Below are positions 62,674 through 64,000 of a stretch of 64,000 nucleotides of DNA, one piece after another. A program made the position numbers and the translations under genes. The notes beneath the pieces were generated by a model. That model saw nothing but the letters and a program-made list of their open reading frames with translations, ran no database searches and was not told the DNA's origin. The stretch is from contig JAXLNO010000656.1 of NCBI GenBank assembly GCA_038087875.1, positions 62,001-126,000 on the forward strand. Reading direction: 5' to 3'. Source of the DNA: Malacoraja senta. Lineage: Eukaryota. Within the stretch, counting starts at the first letter, position 1. Every line of letters starts with the position of its first letter.

Positions 62674-64000
62674 TACCTTTAAAAGCGTAGTTGTTAATGA
62701 CTGCCAATCAATCTTTTAACTGTGAATTAACATTTAAAATTATGGACACTCATTCCTCCAATTAGAGCCTGTAGGGATTTTAAAGATGTTGAATGCAAAA
62801 CACATTAATTTTATTTTTCTTTGTCTTTCTGTTTCATTTTCTGGGTTTTCAATTTAATCTTTTCTCCTCGCTCTTTATTTTAGTTTCTATATTTAATTTT
62901 ATATTGCTTTCACACATTTCATAGTGAAAACCATACATGCAATTACAGAAGATAAAAGGAGCCAACATAATCTATGTTGGCTGCTCTTAAGGTTCAATGC
63001 ATCTCAACATCAGCCTTTAGATTGATTCCCCAATTCTTGATACCAAATGGATACAGGAAAGGCTAGAGTGCCCAACATCAGTAGATTCAACCTCCAGAAC
63101 CTGCAGCTAAACATTTCCAGTATAGCTACAAGACTATCAACTTCCTGGAACTGTAGAAAATTGGCCCATTGTGCACTGTCCATAAAAGTCAAGATGCATT
63201 GAATCCTGTTAGTTATCTCCCTATTAAATCTACAGTCAGCAGCAAAGCATTGAATGGTGTTATTGACAGTCATCATATATTACCTTTAAACTTCCTATTG
63301 ATGCTCTTTTTGGATCTACCAGAACCATTCAGCTCCAGACTTTATGACCTGCATCTAAACTTGTCCCAAAGAGCTAAATTGCAGAAACGAGATGAGAATG
63401 ACAGCCAATAATCCAATTTCAGAAAAGGGAGCATGATTTAAACATTCCTGGTTTTCTTCCTTTGAATTCCCTCTTTTTACCAATCCTGTTTAACATCCAC
63501 CTTCATTGGCACGCCCATAACATTACCATCTTATTAGATCTTTCTACCTAATGGATAGGTCTTTGAATAATTTTCTCATCACAGTTTTGGGTCAATCAAG
63601 AGCACCCATCCCCAGCCCAGCCAAAATATATTCCCTCCCTAATTGCTTCTCAAAATCACCACCAAAACACATCTCATCCTCCAGGTGCTTTTATGCTCAG
63701 TTGCTATCAGTCTTCTTTCTTACCTTTTACCTCTCCATTGCCTTTCAATTCTTTACCAAGCCACTCTGTCTGAATAGTTTCTACTTGTATAACTTGGATC
63801 TGATGAATCAATGCTCAAATACATAACAGGCTTTTAATTTTATCAGTGTATCCCTAGATCCCTCCCACATTTTGCTGATATTTCAGGATTGTCCTGAAGG
63901 CTAAAGGACCTCCCTACTATCCCCAATAACAAACTATTTTTGTAAACCCTATGTATACCTTCCCCTCCCTCCATTTTCCCGCTATTCTCTTGCGAGGAGC

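Noticed and set aside
13705..64000. Search for the terminal HHAT exon (GWP...)
   Set aside because: No AG followed by a phase-1 GWP-like frame was found by eye; it probably lies beyond the window, but I may have missed it.

Overview
Eukaryotic, repeat-dense, mostly intronic DNA. The repeat families (CR1/HER1-type LINEs, HE1-like tRNA SINEs, Penelope, Rex1) suggest a cartilaginous fish, probably a skate or ray; this is inference. The only host gene I can support is HHAT (hedgehog acyltransferase, MBOAT family) on the + strand. Two internal coding exons are visible: 7140-7341, carrying the catalytic YWHGG His, and 13560-13704. The terminal exon was not found, so the rest of the window appears to be one intron of more than 50 kb. 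Autonomous-type elements in the introns: a DIRS element; a nearly intact LINE with a 2A-like peptide, PHD finger, endonuclease and RT; an internally deleted Gypsy nested in a Penelope; a BEL/Pao element with two related solo LTRs; an L1 nested in a Rex1; and many CR1 pieces. Non-autonomous and structural elements: hAT-, Harbinger-, Helitron-like and unclassified TIR elements; about ten Penelope termini carrying minimal hammerhead ribozyme motifs, some as head-to-head hairpins; a GC-rich retroposon family with a conserved hairpin; and a tandem duplication of about 700 bp. All family assignments come from motif recognition by eye; no database search was run.
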